This document shows, one piece after another, positions 1 to 12,999 of a stretch of DNA of 64,000 bases (position 1 is the first letter of the stretch; every line of letters starts with the position of its first letter). This DNA comes from the human T2T-CHM13v2.0 reference genome, Homo sapiens. A program made the translations under genes and the position numbers. The notes beneath the pieces were generated by a model, which worked only from the letters and a program-made list of their open reading frames with translations, was not told where the DNA came from and did no database searches. The DNA lies in the NCBI RefSeq assembly GCF_009914755.1, contig NC_060935.1. One strand, written 5' to 3'.

Positions 1-675
1 ATCCATCATATCTAAGGGGAAGGCTACATGATCTCTAAGGCCCCTTCTAAAAATGATTCTGTGTCACCAAACACATAAATCAGTTCTGAATTCACACAAT
101 ATTTCTGACAGGACACTCCAGGCCTAAGGGAAAGTCCATCAATAGATGAACAGATAAGAAGAGGAGAAAGGGGAAGAAAAATTTAAAGGAGGAGGAGAAA
201 GATCTTTATCAACATGCCCTACAAGGTGCCTAACATAGCTAGACATAACATTTTACTAGACATCAGGGCCACTGTGACAAAGGTGGGAAAGGGGAACCTA
301 GAACAGCAATTGAAAGTGGAACTATAAAGGATGTACATAAATTTAAATAGCTTAGCCCACTGATGTGATCCCCTCACAGCAAATGAGGAAGGAGCTGCAG
401 AAGTCAGTGACCATGAGCTCAATGCTGGGCCAACACACAGACTTGTAACAGAAACAATGATCAGCAGTTAAATAGGAATAGCTGGGTACTAAGTTTTCAG
501 AAGAGGCATTACCACTATTGTCATGCATTTGGATGAGAGTGTATTTTCAGGACAGAGTTGTGAAGGAACTAGCACTTGTTCCATCAAGTTGTTTAAACTC
601 CTACCATGTTTTATGCACCATCCATGTGGCTTTCATTTGTTACGACACTGAACTCTGACAACAACCTTGGTGGAT

Positions 676-1330
<655 letters not shown>

Positions 1331-3320
1331 AGAGAAACACACAGACACACACCCTAATACAATAGATATTGCTCCCAATTTTACCACTGAGAAAAATGAT
1401 GGCCTGACAGGACCCATTCTCCCTCTTCACTACATCACACACTAAAATGTGTGATTTGGGACTCACATTCTAGCCTGAGGGGCTCAGGTGGGAGGTACAA
1501 GGTAATAAGCATGCAACATTGTAACCACAAGCCACATATTCCAGAGAGCCCTTTATGACACTGATACCACACATACTACACATGTACCCAGAGCCTCGAT
1601 GTGCCCAAGTGATGTACTATCCTCTCTCTGGTCTCCTAATTCAGTTATTTCAGGTAAAAGAAATCAAATAGTCCTACCTAACTCAATATTTGAAGACCTT
1701 GAAAAAGGAGGAAAAAATAATTAGTAAAGAATTAAAGTAAAAGATAAAAAGAAAAATAAAAAATGATTTGTGACAATTAAATGATGGTAGCCTTTGCTTT
1801 GTTTAGGTTCTTTTTGAATAATCATGCATTCACTCTTTCAACAACTATTTATTTTGTGCTTTATACTTTTTTATAGGCTCTTCTAGGTATTGTAGAGTAC
1901 TAACGAGCTGGAGGGACACATACAATATAGTAAATGTGCAGGATGAAAAAAGACCAACTAAATTTCCTTAAAGAAGTCAAAGATTCGCAGAAGAGGTGAG
2001 ACATTTCTGCTGGAATAGAATTATGAGTTTAAATAGTGGGGAAGAGGGATGGTATTCCAGACAGAATTTCTGACACAGTAAAAGTCACTTGAGTCTGTTA
2101 GGTTGCTAAAAGTGGGAGCTGGGATGGGGAATTATGGCAGAATATAAAGTTGGAACGACCAGCTAGGGTTACATAGTAAGGAACAATGGATTCCCATGCC
2201 AAGGTGTTTGGCCTTTATCCTGCAATCAGAGTTATGAAGAATTTCTAAGCAGGGGAGGGATAAGACCATGGGCTAAGCCTTCTTAGAGACCACTCCATAA
2301 AACCACATCCTTTATATACATAGAAGGACAGCTGGGTCCAGCTTGGTCACTGGGGCAGATATAACCACAGGTAAATCATTATAAAGTTTAATAAAAATTA
2401 AACCTTGAATAAAAAACTAAGCCTTACAGTTTTAATAATAAGTTTATTACTAGAAGGCATCAAAGTATTTCATGTGCTCTAACTTAAAAACTTAAAGTTG
2501 AGTTCACACATAGTCCTAACTAAAAATCAATGGTTCAGAAATTGGCAACTAGTATAATTATAATTATGCAATAAATACATATGTAAAAGTTTTCCTCAGA
2601 AAATGAAATAAAACTCAATTGGAATAGACAGAAGAAAAATTATTATTATGGTAATAAATACATACGTGGAATCTGTATCCTAAAATATAAATTAAATATA
2701 AGCCAGTGGACAAAATGTGGCTGAGTAAAGCTGGACTTTGCATATCATCAAAAATGGAAAAAGAAACAGTGTTGAATTATATTTCTAAGGAGTGTAGTGG
2801 CCAAGAAAAGAATCTACAATAAAGGAACATAAATTAGGAACTAAGGTACTAACAACTCATTTGTTCCCTTCCTCTTTTCTGCTGATAGTTCTCTTTTTCA
2901 TCAATCCCAATGGGATTTTAGAGATCTCCCAATCCAATAGTCCTCCCCACCGTTTTACTTTAGCAGTTGAGTTCTGCAAATAGTTGTATATAAAATCCCA
3001 GCATATAAAACAGGTAAAAGCTGAAAGAGATCCAAGAGAGGGTACTAGAGCACCTAATTTGGCCTCCACTTCAGCCTTCATCCACTTTCCCTCTGAAACA
3101 GCTCCCCAAAGAGCCCTTAATTTTCCTCAGTAAAGTGTAAAACACATTGGTCCTTGTCCCAACCCTCCTAATTTACAAATGAGGGAATTATGCCCTAGAG
3201 AATTAATTTAAGGGAGTTGCCTGAGAAAAAAGATTATTTCCTAGTACCCCTGCTAAAATTAAAATGTTTTCTCTTCCTCATAAACTTGAACTCAAATGTC
3301 TGGGTTAAAAATTGTTTCTT

Positions 3321-3460
3321 GGCTGGGGACACAGTGGCACACGCCTGCAATCCCAGCCCTTTGGGAGGCCAAGACAGGGGCATCGCTTGAGCCCAGGAGT
3401 TCAAGACCAGCCTAGGCAAGATGACAAAATCCCATCTCTATTTTTAAAAATAAAAAAATT
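3321..3460 (+). mobile_element. Alu left monomer (FLAM-like)
   Basis: Single Alu arm with A-rich tail. Confidence 0.85.
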
Positions 3461-3536
3461 TTTAAATTATTTCTAAGTTATTCTGGAAGTCTATGACATC
3501 CCTCTACCACAAATTCCCATTCCAAATTCACATAAG

Positions 3537-3672
3537 GGCTGGGCTCAGTGGCTCACACCTGTAATCCCAACACTTTGGGAGGCTGATGCAGAAGGATTAT
3601 TGAGCCCACAAGTTCAAGACTAGCCTGGGCAACATAGTGAGCCTTGTCTCTGCACAATTAACAACAACAAAA
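3537..3672 (+). mobile_element. Alu left monomer (FLAM-like)
   Basis: Single Alu arm with (ACA)n/A tail. Confidence 0.85.
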
Positions 3673-4694
3673 TTTCACATAGGTCTATAACCACATATTA
3701 TATGAGTGCCTACTTGAAGCCAGATACTCTGCTAAGAGTACGTTATCTGCTCTCATTCAACCATCACCACAAACCCCAAGAGATCAAGGAACTAGGCTCA
3801 CAGAAGTACTGTAACCTGCCCAAGGTCACAGAGCTAGCAGGGTGGAATCCGGTTCTATCTGACTCCTAAAGCCAAGCTTCAGACCCTTGCACTCTTTCTA
3901 ATCCCAACCTTTTCCAAATCTTTTCCTATTTTTACACAGGCTTTCAGAAATGCTGAACTGTAAGGATTACTTGTCATTTCACAGAGGATGTACTTTTCCA
4001 TCAAGACCTGTGGGGGAATGCCTCATGCTGCAGCCAAGCACAAAGGCATCAAGCCCAAAAACCTCTAATTTCACGTTACAGACCATAGAAAGGCTAATCC
4101 CCACCCCCACCACAAACTCCTACAACTCCTTTTACAAGCATAGGCTACATACATTCAGTCTTATGGGGAATAGGGACTGTCAACAATTCTTAATAATAGG
4201 GCTACAAAATCAGCTCTGAGCTGACCCCTTCTGAGAGGCTGGCTTTTAGGATGGATAACTATCCAATATTTTCTAATAGGTAAAGATATTAAAATTTGTA
4301 TTTAGGGCTGCCTTGGGGCAAAGGATGACTATCACCGCAGACTAGGTACCAGAGCTGGCATTTAATAATTTGAATTTGAGGGAAGGTCAAGGGAGTTCGG
4401 ATTGGGGCACCCTCTGGGAGCAGAGGGAGTTGAAGTGACTGTCGTGTCCAATTACAGAAAAGCCTGAATCAAGAGTATGCAGCCAAAACTACTACCAAAT
4501 TATTGGTAATGGGAGGAGAAAATTTAAACAGAACTGGGATTTGGGACCACCTTCTGGAAGATGTTAGCCAAAAACCGAACAGATCCTAGGCATCAAGGGG
4601 TGTGAATTTCGAGGTAGGCTCCGTTGCCCGGGCTCTGAGGGTCAGGGTTCCCGGCGGTTGGGCCTGGGACGGCGAAGCCCCCGCTCCCCCTTAC

Positions 4695-4862
4695 CTTCTG
4701 TTGGAAGTAGAGAACCGAATAGTTCTTGGCTACAGCCGGGAGGGATGTGGGGTTGGTTGGCAAGTGTAGGCTGCCGAGGGCCCTTAAGGCCGGCCGGAGG
4801 GCTATGGTGGCCCAGGGCGCCAGAAAAGACAGAAGCAGGAGCAGGAGGGCTCGGCGGCCCAT
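4695..4862 (-). CDS. PRCP: Lysosomal Pro-X carboxypeptidase (prolylcarboxypeptidase), coding exon 1 (aa 1-56: signal peptide, propeptide, start of mature chain)
   Basis: Translation MGRRALLLLLLSFLAPWATIALRPALRALGSLHLPTNPTSLPAVAKNYSVLYFQQK matches the PRCP N-terminus; ATG at 4862-4860; donor AAG|GTAAGG after 4695; 168 nt, phase 0. Remaining exons lie left of the window. Confidence 0.97.
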
Positions 4863-6129
4863 GGCTCAGGCTGGAGACTGCAGTGCGGGTGGGAGGGCGA
4901 AAAGGAGGCCAGCAGAAGCGCACAGGCTAAGCCCTGCCCAGCCTGCAGCTCCGCCCGCCGCAAAACAGCTCCTCCCAGGGGAAACCCAAAGCCAGCCAGC
5001 TCCTCAGAGACGCCGCCCAAGCCAGGTCACCACAGCCACTCCGCCCCCATCCCCGAGGACACCGCCTCCACTCCACTTTCCTCTCGTGCCATCTGCTCCT
5101 TAGCACTCACCTTCATTGCGGTCACACCCCAAGTCTGCCCTTATCATGCTAGGGCCTCTTCCTAACTCATCGCTGTAGCCCATGCTTTATCTATAGCGCC
5201 CCCGAAGCCCACCTGTCCTTCAGGTCACCCAATATCCCTACCATTATCATCACCACCAAACCCTGCCCTGGCCACCGCAATTCCATTGCGACACCTCCTG
5301 CCTTCCGCAAATCCTACGTAACGGCAATAACAGCTACCATGACAATTTATTGAAGGTTCACTACAGGCCAGTGTATCACGAGGCAGGGAGGCACACGCAT
5401 CATCTCCTCTAACTAAATCGTCACAGCAATCTTGTGCGTCGTATATGATTGTTATTCCCATCTACAGATGTGGAAACTGAGGCTCAGAGAGGTGCGGGAA
5501 CTTGCACTAGATCACTCAGCAGTGAGCGGAGCACGTCGTCGCAGACCGCTGGGTCCAGGTCCAAAGACTGTGCTCCTTGCACCCACCTCCATCTGGAGCC
5601 TAACCACTCCCTATGATACTCCGTTCTTGGGTCACCCCAAAACTGTGTTGCTCGCACAACCCATCCATTACACAGGTCGCCCCGGGTCCACATCGCCCCT
5701 AAATCCCGCCAGGTCCCGGTCCCTTCTTTCAAATAACGCCCCCTTTCTTCTCCGGCACCCGAAAACCCACTCCGCGCTCCACCCCCCTCCTGCCTCCTGC
5801 CACCGCCCCCTTCCTCCCTCCGCCCGTGGGTAGTGCTAGCCCCTAGGACAGCGCCGGGTCTGGCTTCCAAAGCTCCCTCAACCCTCTTCATCCAGCTTCC
5901 ATTCCCTCTTTCAGTCACCCCGCCAGACCCCAGGGCGCTGCGGCTCACTCCACACTTTCCCGGGAACCCTACGCCCAGGAGGCTCAGCGAAGCTCCAAAA
6001 CCAATTTTACGGACTGTACTACTGATCCACCTGTCGGGGAGAAAGACTCTACCCGCAGTTTGACGAAAATGGTCGTTTCCAGATGCTTGTAGGATTTCCT
6101 CGCTAAGCTCCACCCTCTGCGGCGCCTTC

Positions 6130-6205
6130 TTCTGATTGGCTCTGAGTAATCAGAGCCAAAGCGTTACTTCCGGCGGAAAAGGACGCGGGAGATTCGATTG
6201 GAAGG
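6130..6205 (+). promoter_or_regulatory. DDIAS core promoter with inverted CCAAT boxes, ETS and E2F-like motifs
   Basis: ATTGG at 6135-6139 and ~6197-6201; ACTTCCGG (ETS) at 6166-6173; GGCGGAAA at 6172-6179; GCGGGA at 6185-6190 followed by TTCGAT. Confidence 0.65.
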
Positions 6206-6282
6206 CTGCCGGCGTGCTACTGAGTTCGGCCGGTCCGAGTCACTGTGCGTCGCCTGGGCCCGTTCCTGGTCTTCTCCCCCAG
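6195..6282 (+). other. DDIAS: DDIAS non-coding exon 1 (start approximate)
   Basis: Follows the promoter motifs; strong donor CAG|GTGAGC at 6282/6283; alternative donors GG|GTAAAG (6291/6292) and GG|GTAACA (6425/6426). Confidence 0.7.
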
Positions 6283-6779
6283 GTGAGCTGGGTAAAGGGG
6301 TTCTCGGGAAGCCGAAGAGCCGGAGACTCCTAAGGAGGCTCTTAACTTCATTATGAATGAGACCCACCCAGAGCCCGGCGCTTGTTTTTTCACAAGTGGT
6401 TCTCTGTAAACGGGCAGCCATGAGGGTAACAGAATATAAACGTCAGTTATTTTATTTTAGACTCAGTGCTTTTGCAATCACCTAACGAACGTTTATTGAA
6501 CACTTACAGTGCCATCGAGCTAGACTCGGAGTGAGCTTTTAGAATCGGAAATAGAGAGGAAAAGGCGCGACTCTTGCTTCTGTAATGTGCAAATACGTAT
6601 TCAGTGGGCCACTGTGCAGAGTAGTACGTGCTGAAAGGGGATCTTCCAAAATGCTATGATGGCTTAGAAGGAACATATTTTAACTGAGCCATGTGCTTAA
6701 ACCAGAGCTTGAAAGTTTTCTTCCTTTTCACATCCAGCCAGTCCCTACCAGCCTCTTGAATATCTCAGATCTGTTCACT

Positions 6780-7900
6780 TCTCTCCGTTTTTTACTGACA
6801 TTATTTTGGTTCGACCCTATGACTGCTACATAGCTGTGACAGTAACCCCCCCCTCCCCCGCCGCCCCAGCTGGTTCTCCTGCTTTCAATCTTGCTACCTT
6901 CCAGTCCAGTCTCCACATTGCTGGGCTGATAAAGTTCATATTTGACCGAGGCACTCCCCATTGAAAACCTTTCAGTCGCTCCTATTTGCCCTCAGGTTTA
7001 AGCCCAAACTCTTTAACATGACTTACAGACTCTTTCCTATCTGACTTTTGCCTGGCTCTTCAGCCCTAGTGGTTTTCCACCGCTCCAGCCATATAGAATG
7101 TCTTTTGTGTTCCTGAAGTGCACTATCCTCCTTCTCACCCCAAACCGTCTTCTGACCCTGTCCCTGACCTGGCTAATTCTTAGTCAGTTTGCAAAGCCTT
7201 TTAAATCAGAAACCCTTTCCTGACCCCACAGGACTGGATCACAGAGCACCAAGTAATTATTTGTTTATTCTGCAGATAGTTAAATGCTTCTTTCGTCTGT
7301 GCCAAGAATTGCTAGGTACTGAGATCCAATGATGAACAAGGTAGATTCCTGTTCTAATGGAACTTACCTTTTATGGATGGAATTAAGGAGAATTTACAAG
7401 GAAACTATGTGAATTAGACTGGTCTAAGAAGACCTTTCCAAGGAGTTGATACTGATGCCTAAAAGATGAGCGTGATCCAACCATGCAAAAGAGGGAAAGA
7501 AAAACATTCTAAACAGAGTGAACAGGTTGTGCAAACGTCCTGAGGCAGGAAAGAGCTTGACATGTTAATGTTCAAGAATCTAAGGAAAGACCAGTATAGC
7601 TGGAATATATTTAGAAAGGACAGTTGTATGAGATGAGTCTGGAAAGATGGGCAGAGACCGGATCATGGTTAGGAGGTTAATCCAGCACCATAAACAGGAG
7701 ATAATGGTGATTTGGATTAAGATGATGGCAGAATATATGAGGGAAAAGTGAATGATGGTTTCTAAGTATGGAAGTAGATTCAAGTACCTTCTGATGAGTG
7801 TGATGTGGGATATGAAGGAAAGGGAGGAATGACAAATGACTCCTAGGTATCTGGTTTGAGTTACTGGTTAGTGAGTAGTACCATTTACTGAGATGTGACC
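6780..7900. mobile_element. Degenerate L2 LINE fragments
   Basis: L2-like stretches (e.g. TCAGGTTTAAGCCCAAACTCTTTAACATG; CCTGAGGCAGGAAAGAGCTTG); boundaries approximate. Confidence 0.55.
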
Positions 7901-9029
7901 TTCTCCATCCCTGTAATAAATGTCTCATAAATGATATCAATGGAAAAACTGTATCGTACTAAGATTTTCCTGGTTCATGTTTTTAAAGCATTTTTCATCA
8001 GTATTTCTCCTTTCACTGAAGATTTTGTCTCTTTGTTTTTTTGCTTACTTAATTTTCACTCTCCTGCCTGCCTCTCTTACTTTTCTAGAATTTTCGTGTC
8101 AATGTTACTAAATTATTTTTTAGGGACTTATTATGACTGCCTTTAGAAAAATTAAACAAGTATGTGCCATTGGAGGAGACCATTAGACAGTGTTAAGAAA
8201 ACAATTCAAAACAGCCACCCTTCCCATAGCTGAGGCCTCTTGGCCTGTAAAATATGAAACAGAAAATTGGAGAATTACAAGGTGACAAAGATTTTCATGC
8301 AAGGCAAGAAGGGTTTGGAGAGGAACGAAGAAAGGGAGAAAAATTAGTCATACTTTCTTTTCTTTATGCCATTAGAAGTGGAACTAGTTTTTTAAAGGAG
8401 TAATTTCATCCTTTGGGCACAGTCTTGAAGCAAATACACATAGTTTCTTTCAAGTGTGAAGCTTGAGCAAAGAGAGTAATGGACTAGAAAGACTGGTAAG
8501 CTACTCATCAGAAGGCATGAGTTCCAGACCTGATTAACTTCTCTGAGTGGATCAGATAATGTTGCAAAAGCACTTTGCAAACTGTAAAGCAGTCAAATGA
8601 ACTCAAACTGGATTATGAACTTTAAGATAGGATTCACATCTTATACTTTTATGTTCTCTTCAGCCCCATCCCCAGATGCCAGTTTACACTAAATACTTAA
8701 TTGAACTTTTTCTCTAGGATCTAACATAGAATAAGAATTAGTTTAGATTTTCTAATCTAACCCAGTTTTTCTAGATCTTCTAGTCTAGCCGGAAGAAGAA
8801 AAAAAGATGTGTTGGTATGTGCATGTATGGGCACGGTTTTTCATAAATGATTAAGTTGCCTTCTGAGAACTTGATTATGAGGTAGTTAAGCTGAAAGATC
8901 ACCAAATAATGGATTAGAGTAAAGAATTGCAAAATCATCCAAATGAGACTAAGATGCTGTCAGGCCTTGGGGATTTAACTATAACCATGTTTATCACAAG
9001 TGTTACACACCATGAGATAGTCTCAATGA

Positions 9030-9212
9030 CTAGGCTACTGGTTTTCAAGTGTGGGCAATTTGGCCATTACCTGGGAACTTAAAATGCAGATTCTCAGGCC
9101 CTTATCCCAGACTTACTGAATCAAACTCTGGAGTTGGAGCCCAGCAATCTGTTTTATCAAGCCTTCTGGGTGATTTTGATATATGATAAAGTTTGAGAAA
9201 TACTTGTCTAGT
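9030..9212. mobile_element. MER5A-like hAT-Charlie element
   Basis: AAATGCAGATTCTCAGGCCC...CCCAGACTTACTGAATCA...AAGTTTGAGAA signature. Confidence 0.75.
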
Positions 9213-9823
9213 ATGAAAATGGGATGCAGAGGTTGTAATCAATGAGTTTATATATCTGGTACCACTGACAAAACCATCTCTAGAATGAAAAATGCATCAG
9301 GCATTAGCTTGATTCCATTAAATAGTTGATTCACCAAACAGCTCTTCTTCAAGCAACTTTCTGTTTATAATTTTAGTATAATATGAGGTTATACCAAATA
9401 TACAAATATGGGCTTCTGATATGTCCCTTCCCTGTGATGGTAATTTTTCGTGGTAAATTAGTAGAACATCTTTGGATTACAGTTCAGCTCCCCATATGGC
9501 TTGTCTAAAAGGAGAGAAAGCAAGTATTCCAGAATATCCCATGGTAAATTAGATATGTACTATAGTGTGTCCACATGGACCCCACATATTTTAATAAGCA
9601 TAAGTCTATTGGAGCCTTCATTCCTGGACATTGACCTAGGTAATCCCTGGTATGTGCCCTTTGAAAAATCAAAGGCCAACTGAGGCCTTAATTAGTTCTG
9701 CCCCAACACTTACACTTTTGTCCCTCTTTCTACCCTCATTTCTACTTTTATGTGTGAGAGATTTAAAGAAAGCAAGATTTTCTTTGTATATTATTGCTAA
9801 TGTCCCTATCCAGCATTTTTATA

Positions 9824-9912
9824 GTATTTATTGATTTTTTTCTAATTATAAAAGCAATACACTTAGATTGTATTTATTGATTTTTTCTAATTATAAAAGC
9901 AATACACTTAGA
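9824..9912 (+). repeat. Tandem duplication, two ~44-bp copies
   Basis: GTATTTATTGATTTTTT(T)CTAATTATAAAAGCAATACACTTAGA at 9824-9867 and 9870-9912. Confidence 0.92.
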
Positions 9913-10816
9913 AAATATCTTAAATATATAAAGAAAATAAAAATCGCCCTTAACACTACCACCCTGAGAAAATACTTTTTAAAAATAAGATTATATACTT
10001 TCCTAACTATCCTCTTCTCTTTCCCCATTCCTCCCATCAAAAACTAAATTAGTCCCCCTGTTATATTTTCTCATGGCACTATGCATTTCCAAAATAGAAT
10101 TTGCCAGAATTGCAGTTAAATTTTTTGTGTGATTATTTTAATGTCTGTCTCTTACACTAGACTGTAAGTCTAGTGACTAGGTAGGGACCTTGTCTGTTTG
10201 TCCATCAATCACACTATCCCCACCTAGCATTTAGCAGCTGCACAACTAATAACTGATGAATAAATAAATATGTTCGCATATTAAATTGGGATATGGTTTG
10301 CTGTGATGGAGCTGAAAGAAATGTAATACTATATCATCATCCTTCCCAATAAATGTGAAAAGAAAGATAAACTGCAAAAGATACCACATATGAAATTGTT
10401 CCCAAGTGTATCATCATATCTTCCTAATTTTAGTATTTACTTATTCCTGATGTTTCATTCAATTATTCATCAGACATGCATCCACTATACTGCAAGTCAA
10501 GCAGTAGAGAGAGACAGAGAAATAAAACAAAGTATAAAAACACCCCCAGAGCCTAGGTAAATAAATAAATAAATACAAAAATAAACTAGGTGGCAAGTAT
10601 GAAGGAAATATTATGAAAACACCAAAGGAAATTAATTAACAGTAACTGTCTGAAACGATCTTATTCTATTATTGTCCAACAGACAATAAATGGGAAGCCT
10701 TTTTGCCATTTTCTGGGGTTCACCAGGTGAAATACAAATAGTAAAAATACTAATGATCCCTTTCATTACAGTTCTCAAATTTGCTGTTTTTATAGATTTT
10801 TAGACTTACTTATTTG

Positions 10817-10834
10817 ATCCACTAGAGGGCAGTA
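10817..10834 (+). promoter_or_regulatory. CTCF core motif (forward)
   Basis: CCACTAGAGGGCAG at 10819-10832 closely matches the CTCF consensus. Confidence 0.65.
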
Positions 10835-12016
10835 AACCCTTAAATAAAGACAATGTAACCAACCTTCCTTTAAAAGTATAGTAATAAGTGCTGGCACAAT
10901 TAATTTAGAAATGAACCCAAAATTTCCTGCTTATTTAAGTTTTTCATTTATTAGTGAGTTGTCTGCCCAATTAGCAATTTTTTTTAGGACAGACAGTATC
11001 TTATTTTCACTTAGCCCAGTGTACGAGTCATGTTACAAGTTTATTACATTTCCTAAAGTTTGAATAACAATTGTGTAAAGAACATGATTTGATGAATGCC
11101 CATATTGTTGTGGTACAGTATAAAATTCTGTTTTAGAGCCCTAAAGAAAATAGTCTCTGCTCACAATATGAACAGAAGTAAAAAAATTAGAAGTGAGGAT
11201 AAGATGTAAGTAATGATTAAAATAAGTATGAAATAAGGTACTATATATGAAACTAGGCTGTGTACTTCGTATACAAATAGAAGATAATTTTATGATTTGG
11301 TAAAATTGTGTTTTATATTTAACGCTATGTGACAAAATTGTGGCTTGGGAAGAGGAAATGCAAATCATGAAGATTAATATCTGAAGTTCAGATTGACAAT
11401 TTCTGAGCTTGGCACTGAAGATATAAACAGATAGTCCTTCTACGATCTTACTTTGAGTCCAGGAAAAACAAGCCATATTGAACAGATAAATTTAATATAA
11501 TGTGGCATGTGATGAATTAAAGAGTAATTTAACTTCTGGGAAAACGTCCTAGAAAAGAAGACTTCTAAGAAGGATCTTAAAGAATAATAAGCATTACCAA
11601 GAGAATGAAAGCATTTTAGAGAGAAGAATGGAAAAAAGCAAAGGCATAGAAATGTGAAACATATTGTGGGGGTGGGGAAGCAAGGAACACAACTCAGATT
11701 GTTTCTCTTGGCATAAATTACTAGCACATAAAGAGCAAAAAGAAAGTTAAGAGAATAGGCATTAGGGAGAATAAAACCAAATAGACAATACACTACAATA
11801 GACAAAACAAATGGTAGGACTACAGAGGTACAATAGTATATGGTGTAGAAAAAAAGAAAAGCCATTCCCTTTGTTAATAAAGAAAGACTTTTTAGGGGAA
11901 CTTCAAATGAAATAGGAAGAAAATTCTGGTTATCGTATGGCGTCTGCCTACTCTGTTGTAAAAATTTTCTTGAATTGCAAAATTCTGCTTATAGTTCTTC
12001 ATTCATGCAATAAATT

Positions 12017-12300
12017 TTGTTTTGAGACTAGTCTTTGTTGCCCAGGCTGGAGTGCAGTGGCGCAATACCGCGCACTGCAGCCTCAATCTCCCAGACTCAA
12101 GTGACCTTCCCACCTCAGCCTCCTGAGTAGCTGGAACTACAAGCATGCACCACCATGCCCAGCTAATATTTTTTATTATTTGTAGAGATGAGTTCTTGCT
12201 GTGTTGCCCATGCTGGTCTCAAACTGGTGGGCTCAAGCAATCCTCCCACCTTGGCCTCCCAAAGTGCTGGGATTATAGGCCTGATCCACCACACCTGGCC
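12017..12300 (-). mobile_element. AluJ
   Basis: Antisense dimeric Alu. Confidence 0.9.
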
Positions 12301-12870
12301 CCATTCAATAAATATTTATTGTGAACTTACTGTGTACTGAGCACTGTTCTAAGCACTGGGGTTACAGTAGAGAACAGGGTGGACTAGGTCCCCGTCTTTA
12401 TGAAACTTAGGCTAGTGATGGGTAGATGAACAAAAATAAGTAAGCAAAGACATACATAGGATGACTATCCAGCAGGGTTAGTACCATGAAGGATAAAACA
12501 GGTGATGCCATAGAAACTAAGAGGAAGGAGGATTCTACTTGAGCTAAAGTGGGGCTCTCTGAAGGGATAACATTAGAGTTACAGATTGAAGGACAATAAA
12601 GAACCGACTATTCCAAGACCTAAGGGAAGAATATCGTAGCCAAAGAGAATAGTAAGCACAAAAGCCTGAGAAGGGAAATCGTTTGGTGTGCTTGAGGAGC
12701 AGAAAGAAGGCCAGCATGGCTTGAAATACAGTGATTGAGGAGGAGAGTGGTACAAAGTGAGGTCAGGGATTGGCAAGATCTACATGACCCAGGGCTGCAC
12801 AGACCATTGTGAGATATTGAGGCTTCATTCTAAATAGCAGGATTTTAAGCAGGTAAGAGACAGCATGTTC
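12300..12870. mobile_element. L2 3' fragment
   Basis: CATTCAATAAATATTTATTG...GCACTGTTCTAAGCACTGGG, the typical L2 tail signature. Confidence 0.65.
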
Positions 12871-12999
12871 AGGAGTGAGCTTTATGCTCTTTTAGCTCCC
12901 CTAACTCACAGGTAGATGTACCTCCATACTAAACCCTACACTAAATTGGATTTTAGAATGTGGAGGACAATGCCTTTGTTGACATAACATCATTTGTTA

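Larger units (their letters stand above)
4600..6450. promoter_or_regulatory. CpG island / bidirectional promoter shared by PRCP (-) and DDIAS (+)
   Basis: Marked rise in GC and CpG content between divergent first exons; GC boxes (CCGCCC) near 4951, 5013, 5041, 5793, 5820. Confidence 0.9.

Noticed and set aside
4642-6421. Many overlapping ORFs of up to 209 aa in the CpG island
   Set aside because: Expected from stop-codon scarcity in GC-rich DNA; low-complexity G/R/P translations with no recognisable homology.
11141-11865. Hydrophobic 111-aa and 141-aa minus-strand ORFs
   Set aside because: By-product of A-rich plus-strand composition in an intron; no splice or homology support.
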